Shown here piece by piece: positions 31,460-41,904 of a DNA stretch of 64,000 bases. Origin of the DNA: Trueperaceae bacterium (lineage in GTDB: Bacteria > Deinococcota > Deinococci > Deinococcales > Trueperaceae); NCBI GenBank assembly GCA_034520945.1, contig JAXHNB010000006.1, positions 320,001 to 384,000 of the forward strand. The letters are read 5' to 3'. The first letter of the stretch is position 1; each line of letters starts with the position of its first letter. The notes beneath the pieces were generated by a model. It ran no database searches and was not told where the DNA came from. It saw nothing but the letters and a program-made list of their open reading frames with translations. A program made the position numbers and the translations under genes.

Positions 31460-33934
31460 TCAGGTCGTCTCGTCGCGCACCATCGATCCCGCCTCGAGCG
31501 AGGGACGCAGTTCGCGCGCGGGCAACGGTCGGCTGAACAGGTAGCCTTGGCCTTCGTCGCAGCCGAGCCGCCTGAGCACCTCGAGTTGCGCCTCCCGCTC
31601 GATGCCTTCCGCGACGACGGTCAGCCCGAGCGCCTGACCCAAGCGGAGGATGGCCCTCATGATGGCGGCGCCGTCCGCGCCGGAGGTCGGCGTGGTGTTG
31701 TCGACGCCGAGGCGCGCCACGAAGGTCCGGTCCAACTTGAGCACGTCGACCGGGAGGGTCTGCAGCCAACCGAGGCTGGAATGCCCCGTCCCGAAGTCGT
31801 CCAGCGAGATGTGCACGCCCAGCGCCCGCAAGCGTGCGAGGGTGCGGGCGCTTTCGGTGACGTCGGTCATGGCGCTGGTCTCGAGGATCTCGAGCTCCAG
31901 GCGGTCGGCGGGCAGGCCGCTGGCCGCCAGCACCTCCTTCACCTCGTCCACGATGTCGGCACGCTGCAACTGATGGCGGCTGACGTTCACCGACACGTGC
32001 GGAGGTGGTGCGCCATCCGCGCTGGGCCAGCCCGCGGCCTCGGCACACGCCAGTTCCAGGACTCGCCGGCCGAGCGGATGGATCAGGTTGGTCGCCTCGG
32101 CCAACGACACGAACCGGGCGGGTTCGATCAGGCCCCACTCCGGGTGCTTCCAGCGCACCAGCGCCTCCGCCGCGACGATGCGGCCGGTGCCGAGCGAGAC
32201 CCGCGGCTGGTAGTGCACCTCGAACTCGTCTTTGTGAAGCGCGTCGCGCAGGGCGCCTTCCAGCATCATGCGCTGTTGCGCGCCGGCCTCCATCTCGTCG
32301 GCGAAGAAGCGGTACGTGCCCTTACCGGCCTTCTTCGCGTGGTACATGGCGATGTCGGCGTGCCGCAGCAGGTCTCCGAGGGTGTGCCCGTCGTGCGGGC
32401 ACAGGCTGATGCCGATGCTGGCACCGACGCGAACGTCGTACGACTCCACGTCGATCGGCTTTTGCAGCGCGTCGATGATCCGTTGGGCCGTCGCGACCGC
32501 GTCGTCGCCGACGCCCGGACCGGAGAGGAGCACCGTGAACTCGTCCCCTCCGAGTCGCGCAACGAAGCCGTCGTCGTGCTTGACGCTTCGTTGGATACGC
32601 CGGGCCACCTCGCGCAGCACCGTGTCGCCCGCGGGATGCCCCAGCGAATCGTTGATCGGCTTCAGGTTGTCCAGATCGACGAACAACACCGCGTGCGCGG
32701 GGTAGGTGCGGCCCGCGTCCAAGCGCTGCTGGAGCTGGTCCTTGAAGGCGGCACGGTTGGGGAGGCCGGTGAGGGGATCCTCGTACGCCTGGACGTACAG
32801 CGAGCGTTCCAGATCGAAGCGCCGCATCAGCGACGCGACCTGCCCACCGAAGATGCGGGCCATCTCGAGCTCGTCCTCGCCGAACGCGTCGGGATCCTCG
32901 TAGTTGTCGAGCGTCAGGTAGGCGGTCATCTCGTCCCCCACCAAGATCGGGACGTTCAGCACGGCCCTGAGCTCCTCGAAGCGGCCTTCGTCGGCGAGGG
33001 CGGCGGCGTCCGGGGGATCGAGGGCCTCGTGGAGTCGTGGGTGACGCACCACGAACGGACGCCCGTCCTGGCTGGACTGTCCGAACGAGACCGCTTCGGG
33101 TGGGATCCGCACGGTCCGGAGCCGCTCCAGGTCGAAGCCGACCACCGCGGAGAACCGGAATGCGCCGTCGTGGGCGCGCTTGAGGATGGCGGCGGTGGAC
33201 GCGCCGGGGATGACCCGGACGGCCTCCTCCAGCAGGCGCTGGTCGAACGAACCTGGGTCGCTCTCGTCCAGCCCCAGCTCCACCAGGCTCATCACACTGC
33301 GGCGGAACTCCGCCATCGTCCGGGCGTAGCGTTCGCTCTGACGGAGCACGGCGGTCTCATTGTCGTGGCCCAGCGCCAACTCGGCCAGGCTGGCCGCGGC
33401 GCGCACGACCTCGAGCTCCTCACCAGTGGGCGCGCGGGGTGCATCGTGGTGTACTGCCAAAACGCCTTCGATGCCCCCGCCCGGAAGGCGCAACGGCAGC
33501 AACCAGCAGGCCTGGATGCCCGCGGCGACCGCCACGCTGCTGAAGGCGCCGTCGCCCGATCGGTCGGCGACGTCGTCGACCACCACGAGGTCGTCCTGGC
33601 GGACCGCCTCGGCGTAGGCGCATGTGTCCTCGGCCACGGCCAAGCCGTTCACGGCGTGGACGTAGCTTTCCGGCAAACGGGGTGCAGCCTCCACGTTCAG
33701 GGTCCCGGCGGAGGGATCGAGGCGCAGGACGGCGCAGCGCGCGCCCGGCAACTGCGTGTCCACCATGGTGCAGATCATGGTCAGGCGCGCATCGGACCCG
33801 GCATCGTGCGGCGCGTGCGCGCGTGGTGCGTCCGAACGGCTCGGCGGGGACGATGGTGCGCCGGACGCGCCGGCGGGCCCCCGCCGCGCCGCGTCCGTGT
33901 CCACCGTTGGCCGAGATTCCGATCCGTCGCTCAC
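31460..33934 (-). CDS. GAF-GAF-GGDEF-EAL c-di-GMP enzyme
   Basis: DPLTGLPNR, RLGGDEF, AEALVRW and LDDFGTGHSSL; two GAF-like N-terminal regions. Confidence 0.92.
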   Translation of the reverse strand: MSDGSESRPTVDTDAARRGPAGASGAPSSPPSRSDAPRAHAPHDAGSDARLTMICTMVDTQLPGARCAVLRLDPSAGTLNVEAAPRLPESYVHAVNGLAVAEDTCAYAEAVRQDDLVVVDDVADRSGDGAFSSVAVAAGIQACWLLPLRLPGGGIEGVLAVHHDAPRAPTGEELEVVRAAASLAELALGHDNETAVLRQSERYARTMAEFRRSVMSLVELGLDESDPGSFDQRLLEEAVRVIPGASTAAILKRAHDGAFRFSAVVGFDLERLRTVRIPPEAVSFGQSSQDGRPFVVRHPRLHEALDPPDAAALADEGRFEELRAVLNVPILVGDEMTAYLTLDNYEDPDAFGEDELEMARIFGGQVASLMRRFDLERSLYVQAYEDPLTGLPNRAAFKDQLQQRLDAGRTYPAHAVLFVDLDNLKPINDSLGHPAGDTVLREVARRIQRSVKHDDGFVARLGGDEFTVLLSGPGVGDDAVATAQRIIDALQKPIDVESYDVRVGASIGISLCPHDGHTLGDLLRHADIAMYHAKKAGKGTYRFFADEMEAGAQQRMMLEGALRDALHKDEFEVHYQPRVSLGTGRIVAAEALVRWKHPEWGLIEPARFVSLAEATNLIHPLGRRVLELACAEAAGWPSADGAPPPHVSVNVSRHQLQRADIVDEVKEVLAASGLPADRLELEILETSAMTDVTESARTLARLRALGVHISLDDFGTGHSSLGWLQTLPVDVLKLDRTFVARLGVDNTTPTSGADGAAIMRAILRLGQALGLTVVAEGIEREAQLEVLRRLGCDEGQGYLFSRPLPARELRPSLEAGSMVRDETT

Positions 33935-34033
33935 GCCCTCCACCCGTTTCCGCAGGCTCGTCGCAGGCAAGCCTAGCCGATCACGGCAGGGAGGACGAGG
34001 GCGAGTGGCGAATGCAACGCGGCCGGGAGTGGG

Positions 34034-34621
34034 TCAGGGCATCTCGTTGCTGTCGGGGTTTCGGGACCGCGCCGTAGGTATCTCAGCACGCATTCGGTCG
34101 ATCAGCCACAGGTGCCGGTCGGTGTGCGCGACCACGGCCTCGAACGCCTGGATGGCGCGCAGGCGTGGCAGCGGCGTGACCGGCGAGGGAACGATCGCCC
34201 GACCCAGGTCGACGCCGCCGGCGCGCTCCAAGGTCGCGAGAAGCGCGTCCTGCGCCTCGTGGAAGGTGCCGGACGCGGCGTCCCGTCCCGCGACGGGCGG
34301 AGGTTGGACCTTCTTGGGCGAGGACATGCGCCGCCGGACGGGGGGCGCGATGGAGCGTACGACCAGGCGACCGATCGGCCCGCGCCGGTAGGGCCCCTCG
34401 CCCTTGGGGCCGCGTTCTCGGGCGCGCGCGATCACGCGCCTCAGTTCGCTGACGTACAGGTCGGTGAAGATCGCGACGTGCGCCAGGTGCTCTGCGATCG
34501 ACCATCGCGCGGGATCGGGGCGTCGTTGGAGCTGGTCGTCGGGTAGCTCGCCGAGGAGTGCGGCGACACGCGCATTCTGCGCCTCGACGTCCATGCGAAT
34601 GCGGTCGCGCTCGGAATCCAA
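34034..34621 (-). CDS. DinB family protein
   Basis: RPDPARWSIAEHLAHV...VAHTDRHLWLI; TTG start after SD GAGGAG. Confidence 0.8.
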   Translation of the reverse strand: MDSERDRIRMDVEAQNARVAALLGELPDDQLQRRPDPARWSIAEHLAHVAIFTDLYVSELRRVIARARERGPKGEGPYRRGPIGRLVVRSIAPPVRRRMSSPKKVQPPPVAGRDAASGTFHEAQDALLATLERAGGVDLGRAIVPSPVTPLPRLRAIQAFEAVVAHTDRHLWLIDRMRAEIPTARSRNPDSNEMP

Positions 34622-34689
34622 CGCGGGCTCCTCTCGAAGGGCGTTGGCACGAAGCATAGGACTGCGCTTGCCGGGGATGCAAGGCGCGC

Positions 34690-36021
34690 CTACGCCTCCG
34701 CGATGTCCGTGAACGCGAACTCCAGCCCCTTGAGCACCTGCTCGTAGTTCCACAACAGGCTGGACGCGCTGTTGGCGCCCAACCAGAGGTGGGCGATCGC
34801 GAAGCTGTAGCTGTCCTGTTCAGGAAGGTCGCTGAGGCGCATGCCTTCGCGTACCTGCAGGGCGATGCGGGTGCCGGGCACGCGCGCTTCGGCGGCGGCG
34901 ACCTCCTCGGGCGTGGGGCAGCGCGCCACCGTGGCGTCACGGAAGAACACGCGGTAGAAGAAGTTGGCCGACACCTTGAAGGCACCCTCTCGGCGCGGCA
35001 TCTCCGGGCGGCGGCCGAGGCCCAGGTCGACGCTGACCTGTTGGTGGCTCAGCCCGTCGACCTGCTCGAACAGGTCGCAGTGCCCCTGGGCGACGCGGGT
35101 GTTGATCTCGAGCAGCCAGATGCGGTCCTGCACCTCGTCCCAGAAGAACTCGATGTTGAACGCGCCGTGGTCGTAGCCGACGTGCTCCATCACACTTCGG
35201 GCCAGGTCGTGCATCCTGCGCTGCACCCGTTCGGGGAGGCGCGAGGGGTAGAGGTAGTAGGCGAAGCTGAGCACCTGCGGGTAGCGGATCGAGTCGATGA
35301 TGGCGTAGGAGGTCACCTCGCCGTCGTGCGCGTACCCCTCCAGGGTGCACTGCCGGCCGCCGATCATCTGTTCGGCCATACAGCAGTGTCCCTCGACCGC
35401 GCGGACGTGCTCCGGCAGGTCCGCTTGTCCCAGCACGTGGTTGAACGGCTCGGCAATGACGAGGATCTCGGCGCGGATCCGGGCCAACGCGTCGGCGAAA
35501 TCCTCGGGGCTGTCGATACGGAACCCCAACCGCGAGCCGGAGGATTTGATCGGCTTCACGAAGAAGGGGAACGAAAGCCCCGCTTGGCCGATCTTCTGTA
35601 GCGCGTCGTCGTCGAAGGGATCGAACCAGGTGAAGGTGGGGACGTGCTCCGGGATGACCTCGCGCTGGACGGTGCGACTCCAGTACTTGTGCTCGCACTT
35701 CAGCAGCGCCTCCAGCGACACCGAGCGCGTACCGAACGTACGGCACAGGATCGGCAGCATGGTGGAAACGGGGAAGTCCATGTAGCCGATGATGGCGTCG
35801 ATGGGCCCGTCGAAGGCCCGAAGCTGCCGCTCGGCGGTCTCCAGCATCGCCGCGATGTTCCAGTCGTCGGTGTCGTACACCGCGGCGGGGTCGATGACGC
35901 CGTGGAACGTGACGTCCTCCACGCCGCGGAGGCGCTGCAGGCGCGCGTGGTTCAGGTCGTTCAGGCCGATCACGAACACGTTCTTGGTCGCTGGTTCTTG
36001 GTTCGCTGCGTCCTTGCTCAC
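34690..36021 (-). CDS. ATP-grasp domain protein of unknown specificity
   Basis: KCEHKYWSR, PFFVKPIKS, AEQMIGG, FNIEFF and LLEINTR; SD GAGGAGG; 66 bp downstream of cphA. Confidence 0.85.
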   Translation of the reverse strand: MSKDAANQEPATKNVFVIGLNDLNHARLQRLRGVEDVTFHGVIDPAAVYDTDDWNIAAMLETAERQLRAFDGPIDAIIGYMDFPVSTMLPILCRTFGTRSVSLEALLKCEHKYWSRTVQREVIPEHVPTFTWFDPFDDDALQKIGQAGLSFPFFVKPIKSSGSRLGFRIDSPEDFADALARIRAEILVIAEPFNHVLGQADLPEHVRAVEGHCCMAEQMIGGRQCTLEGYAHDGEVTSYAIIDSIRYPQVLSFAYYLYPSRLPERVQRRMHDLARSVMEHVGYDHGAFNIEFFWDEVQDRIWLLEINTRVAQGHCDLFEQVDGLSHQQVSVDLGLGRRPEMPRREGAFKVSANFFYRVFFRDATVARCPTPEEVAAAEARVPGTRIALQVREGMRLSDLPEQDSYSFAIAHLWLGANSASSLLWNYEQVLKGLEFAFTDIAEA

Positions 36022-36087
36022 TGATGCCTCCTCGAAGGCGTTCCTTCCGTGTGGCCGTGCACGTCACGATGCATCACCGCGGGCCCC

Positions 36088-38709
36088 TTACCCCACGGCC
36101 GGGGCTTGCCCGCGGAAGCTGCGCCCCTTGAGCCGCTGAATCGTGCCGGCGATGTCGTCGATGAGGAGGAGCAGCAGGTCGCCCTCGCTCGCCGCGTCCA
36201 TCGCCCGGCCGATCGCTTCGTGCTCGTCCATGACGATCTCGACCCGGGCCGTGCCGGGGTCCGCCGCGCCGCGCCGCATGAGCTCCGCGGCCTCACCGGC
36301 GGGCCGTCCGCGCGGGTCGGTCTCGCAGATGAACAGCTTCTGACACATCGCCGCCAGGTGCGTCCCCAACGCCGCGAGGTCCTCGTCGCGGCGGTTGCCC
36401 GGGGCACTGGCGACGCCGATGCAGCGCCCGGTCGTCAGTCCACGCACGAGGGGCGCAAGGGCCCTCATGGCGGGCACGTTGTGGCCGTAGTCGATCAGGC
36501 AGCGGATGCCGTCGGCTTCGATCAGGTTGGTGCGGCCCGGCAGTTGGGCCGGGGTGGGGTGGAAGGTCTGGAGCCCCATGGTGACGTCCCCCAGGGTGAG
36601 GCCCAGCGCGTACCCGGCGGCCGCCGCGGCCATGGCGTTTTGCACGTTGAAGGGCGCGTGCCCCTCGAAGGCGATGGGGACGTCCTCGACCTCGATCACC
36701 TCGGCCTCGACCTGACCCTGGCGCATGACGATCCGTCCGCCGGCGACGGTGAACACCGTGCCGTGGTCGGCGACGTGGGCATGCAGCGCCTCGGCGTCGG
36801 GGTTCATCGAGAAGTAGACGATCTTGCCGCGTGACCATTCGGTGCCCCACGCCATCACGCGCGGGTCGTCGGCGTTCAGAACGCAGGTGCCGCCGGGCTT
36901 GACCGCGTCCACGACGACCGTCTTGCAGCGGGCCAGTTCGTCGAGGGTGCGGATGTCGTGCTCGCCCAGGTGGTCGCTGTCGATGTTCAACAGGACGCCG
37001 ACGTCGCAGGCGTCGAAGCCCAGCCCGCGCCGCATGATGCCGCCCCGCGCGACCTCCAGCACCGCGTGGTCCACCGTCGGTTCCTTCAGCACCACCCCGG
37101 CCGCCATCGGGCCGGAGTAATCGCCGCGCATGATGACGTGGTTGTCGATCTCGATGGTGCCGGTGCAGGCCATGCCGACCTTGCGCCCCGCCTGGCGCAG
37201 CAGGTGCGCGATCAGGCGCGTGGTGGTCGTCTTGCCGTTGGTGCCGGTGATCGCGACGATCGGGATGCGCCCATCGTCCGCCGGGTCGGGGAACAACATG
37301 TCGACGACGGCCTCGCCGACGGGACGGCCGGTGCCGTGCGTGGGCGACATGTGCATGCGGAAGCCGGGACCGGCGTTGACCTCCACCACCCCGGCGGCCT
37401 GTTCCTCCAAGGGGCGGCTCAGCGTCTCGGCCAGCAGGTCGATGCCGATCACGTCCAGCCCGATCAGCCGTGCGATCCGTTCGGCGGCGTAGCGGACCTC
37501 GGGATGGACGTCGTCCGTGAGGTCCGTCGCGGTGCCGCCGGTGGAGATGTTGGCGGTGGACTTCAGCCACACGTACTGATCGTCCGGGATCACGTCGTCG
37601 AAGGTGAGGCCGGCCTGGGCGACCAAACGTTCCGTCTGCTCGTCCACGCCGATCTGGGTCAGCAGGTTCTCGTGCCCGACGCCCCGCCGCGGGTCGGCGT
37701 TGGTGGCCGTGATCAGCTCCCGCAACGTCGACCGGCCGTCCCCCACCACGTGGGCGGGGCGGCGGCGCGCGGCGGCGATCAGCGTGCCGTCGATGACCAA
37801 CAGCCGGTGGTCCTCGCCGTGCACGTAGCGTTCCACCACCACGGCGTCGTTGCGGCGCAAGGCGGCCTCGAAGCCGTCCCGAAGCTCCTCGGGCGTGGTG
37901 ATCCCGGTGGTCACGCCGCGCCCGTGATTGCCGGACAGCGGCTTGGTGACCACGGGGTAGCCGAGGTCCTCCGCGGCCGCCAGCACCTCCTCCCACGCGT
38001 AGCAGACATGCCCGCGGGGGACCGGGACGCCGGCCTCCCCGAGGATCTGCTTGGTCCATTCCTTGTCGTCGGCGATGGCGTGCCCGAGGATGTGGGTCTT
38101 GCACGTCACCGTGGCCTGGAAGCGCTGCTGCTTGGCGCCGTGCCCCAACTGGATGTAGCTGGTGTCGGTGGTGAGGCGGAAGTGGGGGATGCCACGCCGC
38201 GCGGCCGCCGCCACGATGGCGCCGGTCGAGGGCCCCAGCATGTTGGCGTCCCGTACCGCCTTGAGCCGGTCCACGGCGGCGTCGATGTCGAACTCGGCAC
38301 CGTCGAACATGGCCTGGACCAGCGCGACGGCCTCGGTGCCGGCGGCAAGCCCGCACGCCTCGTCGCGGTAGCGGTAGACGACGTGGTAGATGCCTTCGTC
38401 GTAACTGTCGACCGTCTTGCCGTAGCCGACCGAGAAGCCGATCGCATTCTGCAGCTCGATCGCGACGTGCTCGACCACGTGACCGGCGTACGTGCCGCGC
38501 TCCAGGCGCTGCAGAAACCCGCCCGGCACGCCGACGGAACAGCGGTGCTCGCCCAGGCCGGGCAGTAGCGCGGTCAGGCGTTCGCCCATGGCGGGCACCG
38601 TGTCGCTGGGGCGCTGGTCGAGGTCGCCGATGTCGAGCCGCATGTAGATGGCCTGGTAGCGGCTGTAGAAGTTGGGGCCCCGCAGGGCCCGATGCTCGAG
38701 GATGTTCAT
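36088..38709 (-). CDS. cphA: cyanophycin synthetase CphA1
   Basis: RALRGPN, Cx19HxxEH N-domain motif, LGPST, KPLSGNHGRG, EVNAGPGFRMH, ITGTNGKTTT and DYGHN. Confidence 0.96.
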   Translation of the reverse strand: MNILEHRALRGPNFYSRYQAIYMRLDIGDLDQRPSDTVPAMGERLTALLPGLGEHRCSVGVPGGFLQRLERGTYAGHVVEHVAIELQNAIGFSVGYGKTVDSYDEGIYHVVYRYRDEACGLAAGTEAVALVQAMFDGAEFDIDAAVDRLKAVRDANMLGPSTGAIVAAAARRGIPHFRLTTDTSYIQLGHGAKQQRFQATVTCKTHILGHAIADDKEWTKQILGEAGVPVPRGHVCYAWEEVLAAAEDLGYPVVTKPLSGNHGRGVTTGITTPEELRDGFEAALRRNDAVVVERYVHGEDHRLLVIDGTLIAAARRRPAHVVGDGRSTLRELITATNADPRRGVGHENLLTQIGVDEQTERLVAQAGLTFDDVIPDDQYVWLKSTANISTGGTATDLTDDVHPEVRYAAERIARLIGLDVIGIDLLAETLSRPLEEQAAGVVEVNAGPGFRMHMSPTHGTGRPVGEAVVDMLFPDPADDGRIPIVAITGTNGKTTTTRLIAHLLRQAGRKVGMACTGTIEIDNHVIMRGDYSGPMAAGVVLKEPTVDHAVLEVARGGIMRRGLGFDACDVGVLLNIDSDHLGEHDIRTLDELARCKTVVVDAVKPGGTCVLNADDPRVMAWGTEWSRGKIVYFSMNPDAEALHAHVADHGTVFTVAGGRIVMRQGQVEAEVIEVEDVPIAFEGHAPFNVQNAMAAAAAGYALGLTLGDVTMGLQTFHPTPAQLPGRTNLIEADGIRCLIDYGHNVPAMRALAPLVRGLTTGRCIGVASAPGNRRDEDLAALGTHLAAMCQKLFICETDPRGRPAGEAAELMRRGAADPGTARVEIVMDEHEAIGRAMDAASEGDLLLLLIDDIAGTIQRLKGRSFRGQAPAVG

Positions 38710-38722
38710 GTCGTCGGGGTCG

Positions 38723-39589
38723 TCATGCGGAATCTGCCTCCGAGGGCTGGGCGTAGGACGTGCCGGGATTCAGGAACGCGCGTGGATTCACGTCGTAGCC
38801 GTACCCGTGGGTGAGGGCGTGAACGATCACGTGTTCCACCGCCACCGGCTCCCCGACCTCCAGCTCAGCGATGTTGGAGTGTCGCAGGTCGCTGCTGTCG
38901 ACGATGATCACGATGCCTTCCCCGATGGCTTCGAGCACCGGGCCGGGGTGGATGATCACGCCGGCGTCTTCTCCCAGGCCCACCCCGACGTACTCGGGGT
39001 TGGTGGCGCCGACCTCCATCAGCCTCGTGAACCGCCCACGCCGCAGGAAGTGGCTGTCGATCACGAGCCCCCGCACGAAGCCGAGCCCGCCGCTCATCTT
39101 TACCGCGCCCTTGCGCAGGGCGTCCGCGGCGGCCCCGTCGTAGATCATGGTGGCCGACATGGCGGCCGCGCCGGCACTGGTGCCGGCTACCACCGCCCCA
39201 TCGGCGCGGCGGGCCCGGATGGCGTCCAGCATGGCCGAGCCGCCCAGAACGTTCGTCAGCCGCAACTGGTCGCCGCCGCTGATGAAGATCACGCCGCACG
39301 CTTGGAGCGTCGCCAGCTTCGTCTCGTCCTGCGCGTCGGTGCGGGACCGGACGTCGAGGAAGTGCACGCGGCTGGCCCCGAGATCCTGAAAGGTCTGGCG
39401 GTACCCGGCGAACACCTTGTCGGGGACGGTGCTGGCGGTGGTGATCACGCCGACCTCGACGGCGTCGGTCGAAGCGAGGCTCATCACGCGCTGCAGGACG
39501 GCCGAGCGCGAGGTCTTGTCCTCCGCGCCGCCGATGGCGATCAGGGCGCCCGGTTGGGGCGCGGCGTCGGGATTCACGGGACGCGGCAT
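38723..39589 (-). CDS. cphB: cyanophycinase CphB
   Basis: IAIGGAEDK, GGDQLRL, GTSAGAA, DSHF and GLGEDA; alternative start GTG 39577. Confidence 0.93.
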   Translation of the reverse strand: MPRPVNPDAAPQPGALIAIGGAEDKTSRSAVLQRVMSLASTDAVEVGVITTASTVPDKVFAGYRQTFQDLGASRVHFLDVRSRTDAQDETKLATLQACGVIFISGGDQLRLTNVLGGSAMLDAIRARRADGAVVAGTSAGAAAMSATMIYDGAAADALRKGAVKMSGGLGFVRGLVIDSHFLRRGRFTRLMEVGATNPEYVGVGLGEDAGVIIHPGPVLEAIGEGIVIIVDSSDLRHSNIAELEVGEPVAVEHVIVHALTHGYGYDVNPRAFLNPGTSYAQPSEADSA

Positions 39590-39693
39590 TCGCGGCGGCG
39601 ACGCTCCCCGGCGAACAGGAACCGACGCCCGGGCTCACGCGGTCCCGACCAGGGCGGCCGCGGAGGAGACGAGACGAACGAAGGTCGAATCAT
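39574..39693 (-). CDS. candidate 39-aa Arg-rich leader ORF coupled to cphB
   Basis: GGAGG-N5-ATG; MIRPSFVSSPPRPPWSGPREPGRRFLFAGERRRRECRVP; its TGA overlaps an in-frame cphB GTG (GTGA). Confidence 0.3.
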   Translation of the reverse strand: MIRPSFVSSPPRPPWSGPREPGRRFLFAGERRRRECRVP

Positions 39694-39891
39694 GCGTACC
39701 TCCGGCCGGAAACGCTGCGCTCGGGCACGCCCGATCGCATCCCCCCGGCCCATGCCTCGTCCTCCGCCTGGCTGTCGTGCGTGGACGACGCGTACGTGTC
39801 ATGCTACCGCGTCCAAGGCCGAATGGTTCGCATGGCGGTCGCAGCAGGTCCCTACTTGTGACGCGCAAGGAAGCGGCGCCGTCGTGGTCCG

Positions 39892-41853
39892 TTAGGCCGG
39901 CGGGGCGTGCTCCGAGACGATCGCACGCACGCGCGCCCCGTCCAGCTCCTCCTCCTGCTGCAACGCCTCCGCCACCTGGTCGAGGGCGGCCCGATGCGCC
40001 TCGAGCGTGGTGCGGGCCCGGTCCATCGCCTCGCTGAGCAGTCGGTGGATCTCCTCGTCGATCTCGCGCTCGGTCCGTTCGCTGGTGTCGCGCCGCGCGG
40101 CCAGCTCCTCGCCCAGGAACACCTGGCCCTCCTGCCGCTTGAACGACACCGGGCCCAGGCGCTCGCTCATCCCGAACTCGCGCACCATGCGGCGCGCCAG
40201 GCGCGTGGCGTCCTGGAAGTCGGCGGCCGCGCCGGACGTCTCGGTCTCCAGGGCCAGCGTCTCCGCGGCGCGTCCGCCCATCACCACGGCGAGGCGGTCG
40301 ATGAGGTAGGAGCGTTCGTAGACGTACTTCTCGCGCTGCGGCAATTGTTGCGTGACACCCATCGATTGGCCGCGCGGCACGATCGAGACCTTCTCGACCG
40401 GCTCGGCGTGCGGCAACGTCGCGGCCAGCACGGCGTGGCCGGCCTCGTGGTAGGCGATCAGCGCCCGCTCCTCGTCGGTGAACGTCACCCCTTCGCGCTG
40501 GCGGCCCAGGAGCACCTTGTCCCTTGCGGCGGCGACGTCCGCCGCGCCGATGGTGTCCTTGCCCTGCCGGGCCGCTTCCAGGGCGGCCTCGTTGAGGACG
40601 TTCTCGAGGTCGGCGCCGGCGAGCCCCGGCGTGCCGCGCGCCAGCGCTTCGAGGTCGACGTCGTCCTCCAGCGGCTTGTCGCGCGCGTGGATCCGCAGGA
40701 TCGCCAGGCGGGCCTCCTTGTTGGGCAGGTCGATGGTGATCCGCCGGTCGAAGCGGCCGGGGCGCAGCAGGGCGGGGTCGAGCACGTCGGGCCGGTTGGT
40801 GGCCGCCATGACGACGACCTTCTCGTGCGGCTCGAAGCCGTCCATCTCCTTGAGCAGCTGGTTCAGGGTCTGTTCGCGCTCGTCGTGCCCCCCGCCGAGG
40901 CCGGCGCCGCGTTGGCGGCCGATCGAGTCGAGCTCGTCGATGAAGATGATCGCCGGCGCGCGCTCCTTGGCGTCACGGAACATGTCGCGCACGCGCGAGG
41001 CGCCCACGCCGACGAACATCTCCATGAAGTCCGATCCCGAAGTCGAGAAGAACGGCACGCCCGCCTCGCCGGCCACGGCGCGGGCCAGCATCGTCTTGCC
41101 CGTGCCGGGCGGCCCCAACAGCAGCAAGCCCGACGGCGTGCGGCCCCCCAGGCCCAGGAAGTGGTCCGGATCCCGCAGGAACGAGATCGTGTCCTGCAGT
41201 TCGTCTTTGGCGCCTTCGGTGCCCGCCACCTCGTCGAAGGTGACGTCGACGTCCTCGGTGTCGTACAGCTTCGCCTGGCTCTGACCGACCTGGAACATCC
41301 CGCCGCCGGGCCCGCCCTGCGCCTGCATGCGGCGCAGGAACCACGCGCCGATCCCCAGAAGCAGCAGAAGCGGCAACAGCCCGATCAGCAGCGGCGCCAG
41401 GAAGCCGTCGCGCGCCGGCTGCGTGTCGACCCGCACGTCGTGCTCGTTCATGAGGCGCAGCAGCTCGGGGTCGCCCCCGGCCGGCACGTACGTCAGGAAC
41501 GCGTCCACCGTGCGGCCTTCTGCGTCCGCCGCCCCATCCTGCGCACCCGCGCTCCCCTCCTCGCCCTCCAGCCCGTCGGCGGCGCTGCCGGCAGGACCGG
41601 CGCGGCCGTCCGGCGACAGCGTGACGGGGTCCGTGAACGTGCCCTCCAGGCGCTGACCTCGCCAGGTGACCGCGCCGACGTTGCCGTCACGAAGCTGCTG
41701 CCGGAACGTGCTGTACGGCACTTCGTCGACCTGCCGGCCGAACGGGTCGACGAGCAGCACCACGAGGGCGACCAGGAACAGGTAGAACCACCAGCGGCCG
41801 GGCCGGGGCGACGGTGAGCGGGGTGCTCGCGAACGCGGGTCGTCTTGGCTCAT
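39892..41853 (-). CDS. ftsH: ATP-dependent zinc metalloprotease FtsH
   Basis: Two TM segments, [33 protein letters not shown] and HEAGH. Confidence 0.95.
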   Translation of the reverse strand: MSQDDPRSRAPRSPSPRPGRWWFYLFLVALVVLLVDPFGRQVDEVPYSTFRQQLRDGNVGAVTWRGQRLEGTFTDPVTLSPDGRAGPAGSAADGLEGEEGSAGAQDGAADAEGRTVDAFLTYVPAGGDPELLRLMNEHDVRVDTQPARDGFLAPLLIGLLPLLLLLGIGAWFLRRMQAQGGPGGGMFQVGQSQAKLYDTEDVDVTFDEVAGTEGAKDELQDTISFLRDPDHFLGLGGRTPSGLLLLGPPGTGKTMLARAVAGEAGVPFFSTSGSDFMEMFVGVGASRVRDMFRDAKERAPAIIFIDELDSIGRQRGAGLGGGHDEREQTLNQLLKEMDGFEPHEKVVVMAATNRPDVLDPALLRPGRFDRRITIDLPNKEARLAILRIHARDKPLEDDVDLEALARGTPGLAGADLENVLNEAALEAARQGKDTIGAADVAAARDKVLLGRQREGVTFTDEERALIAYHEAGHAVLAATLPHAEPVEKVSIVPRGQSMGVTQQLPQREKYVYERSYLIDRLAVVMGGRAAETLALETETSGAAADFQDATRLARRMVREFGMSERLGPVSFKRQEGQVFLGEELAARRDTSERTEREIDEEIHRLLSEAMDRARTTLEAHRAALDQVAEALQQEEELDGARVRAIVSEHAPPA

Positions 41854-41904
41854 GGTGGCTCCTGCGCCTCGTGCCGGTTCGTACGGGCGCGTCGATGGGG
41901 GCGC

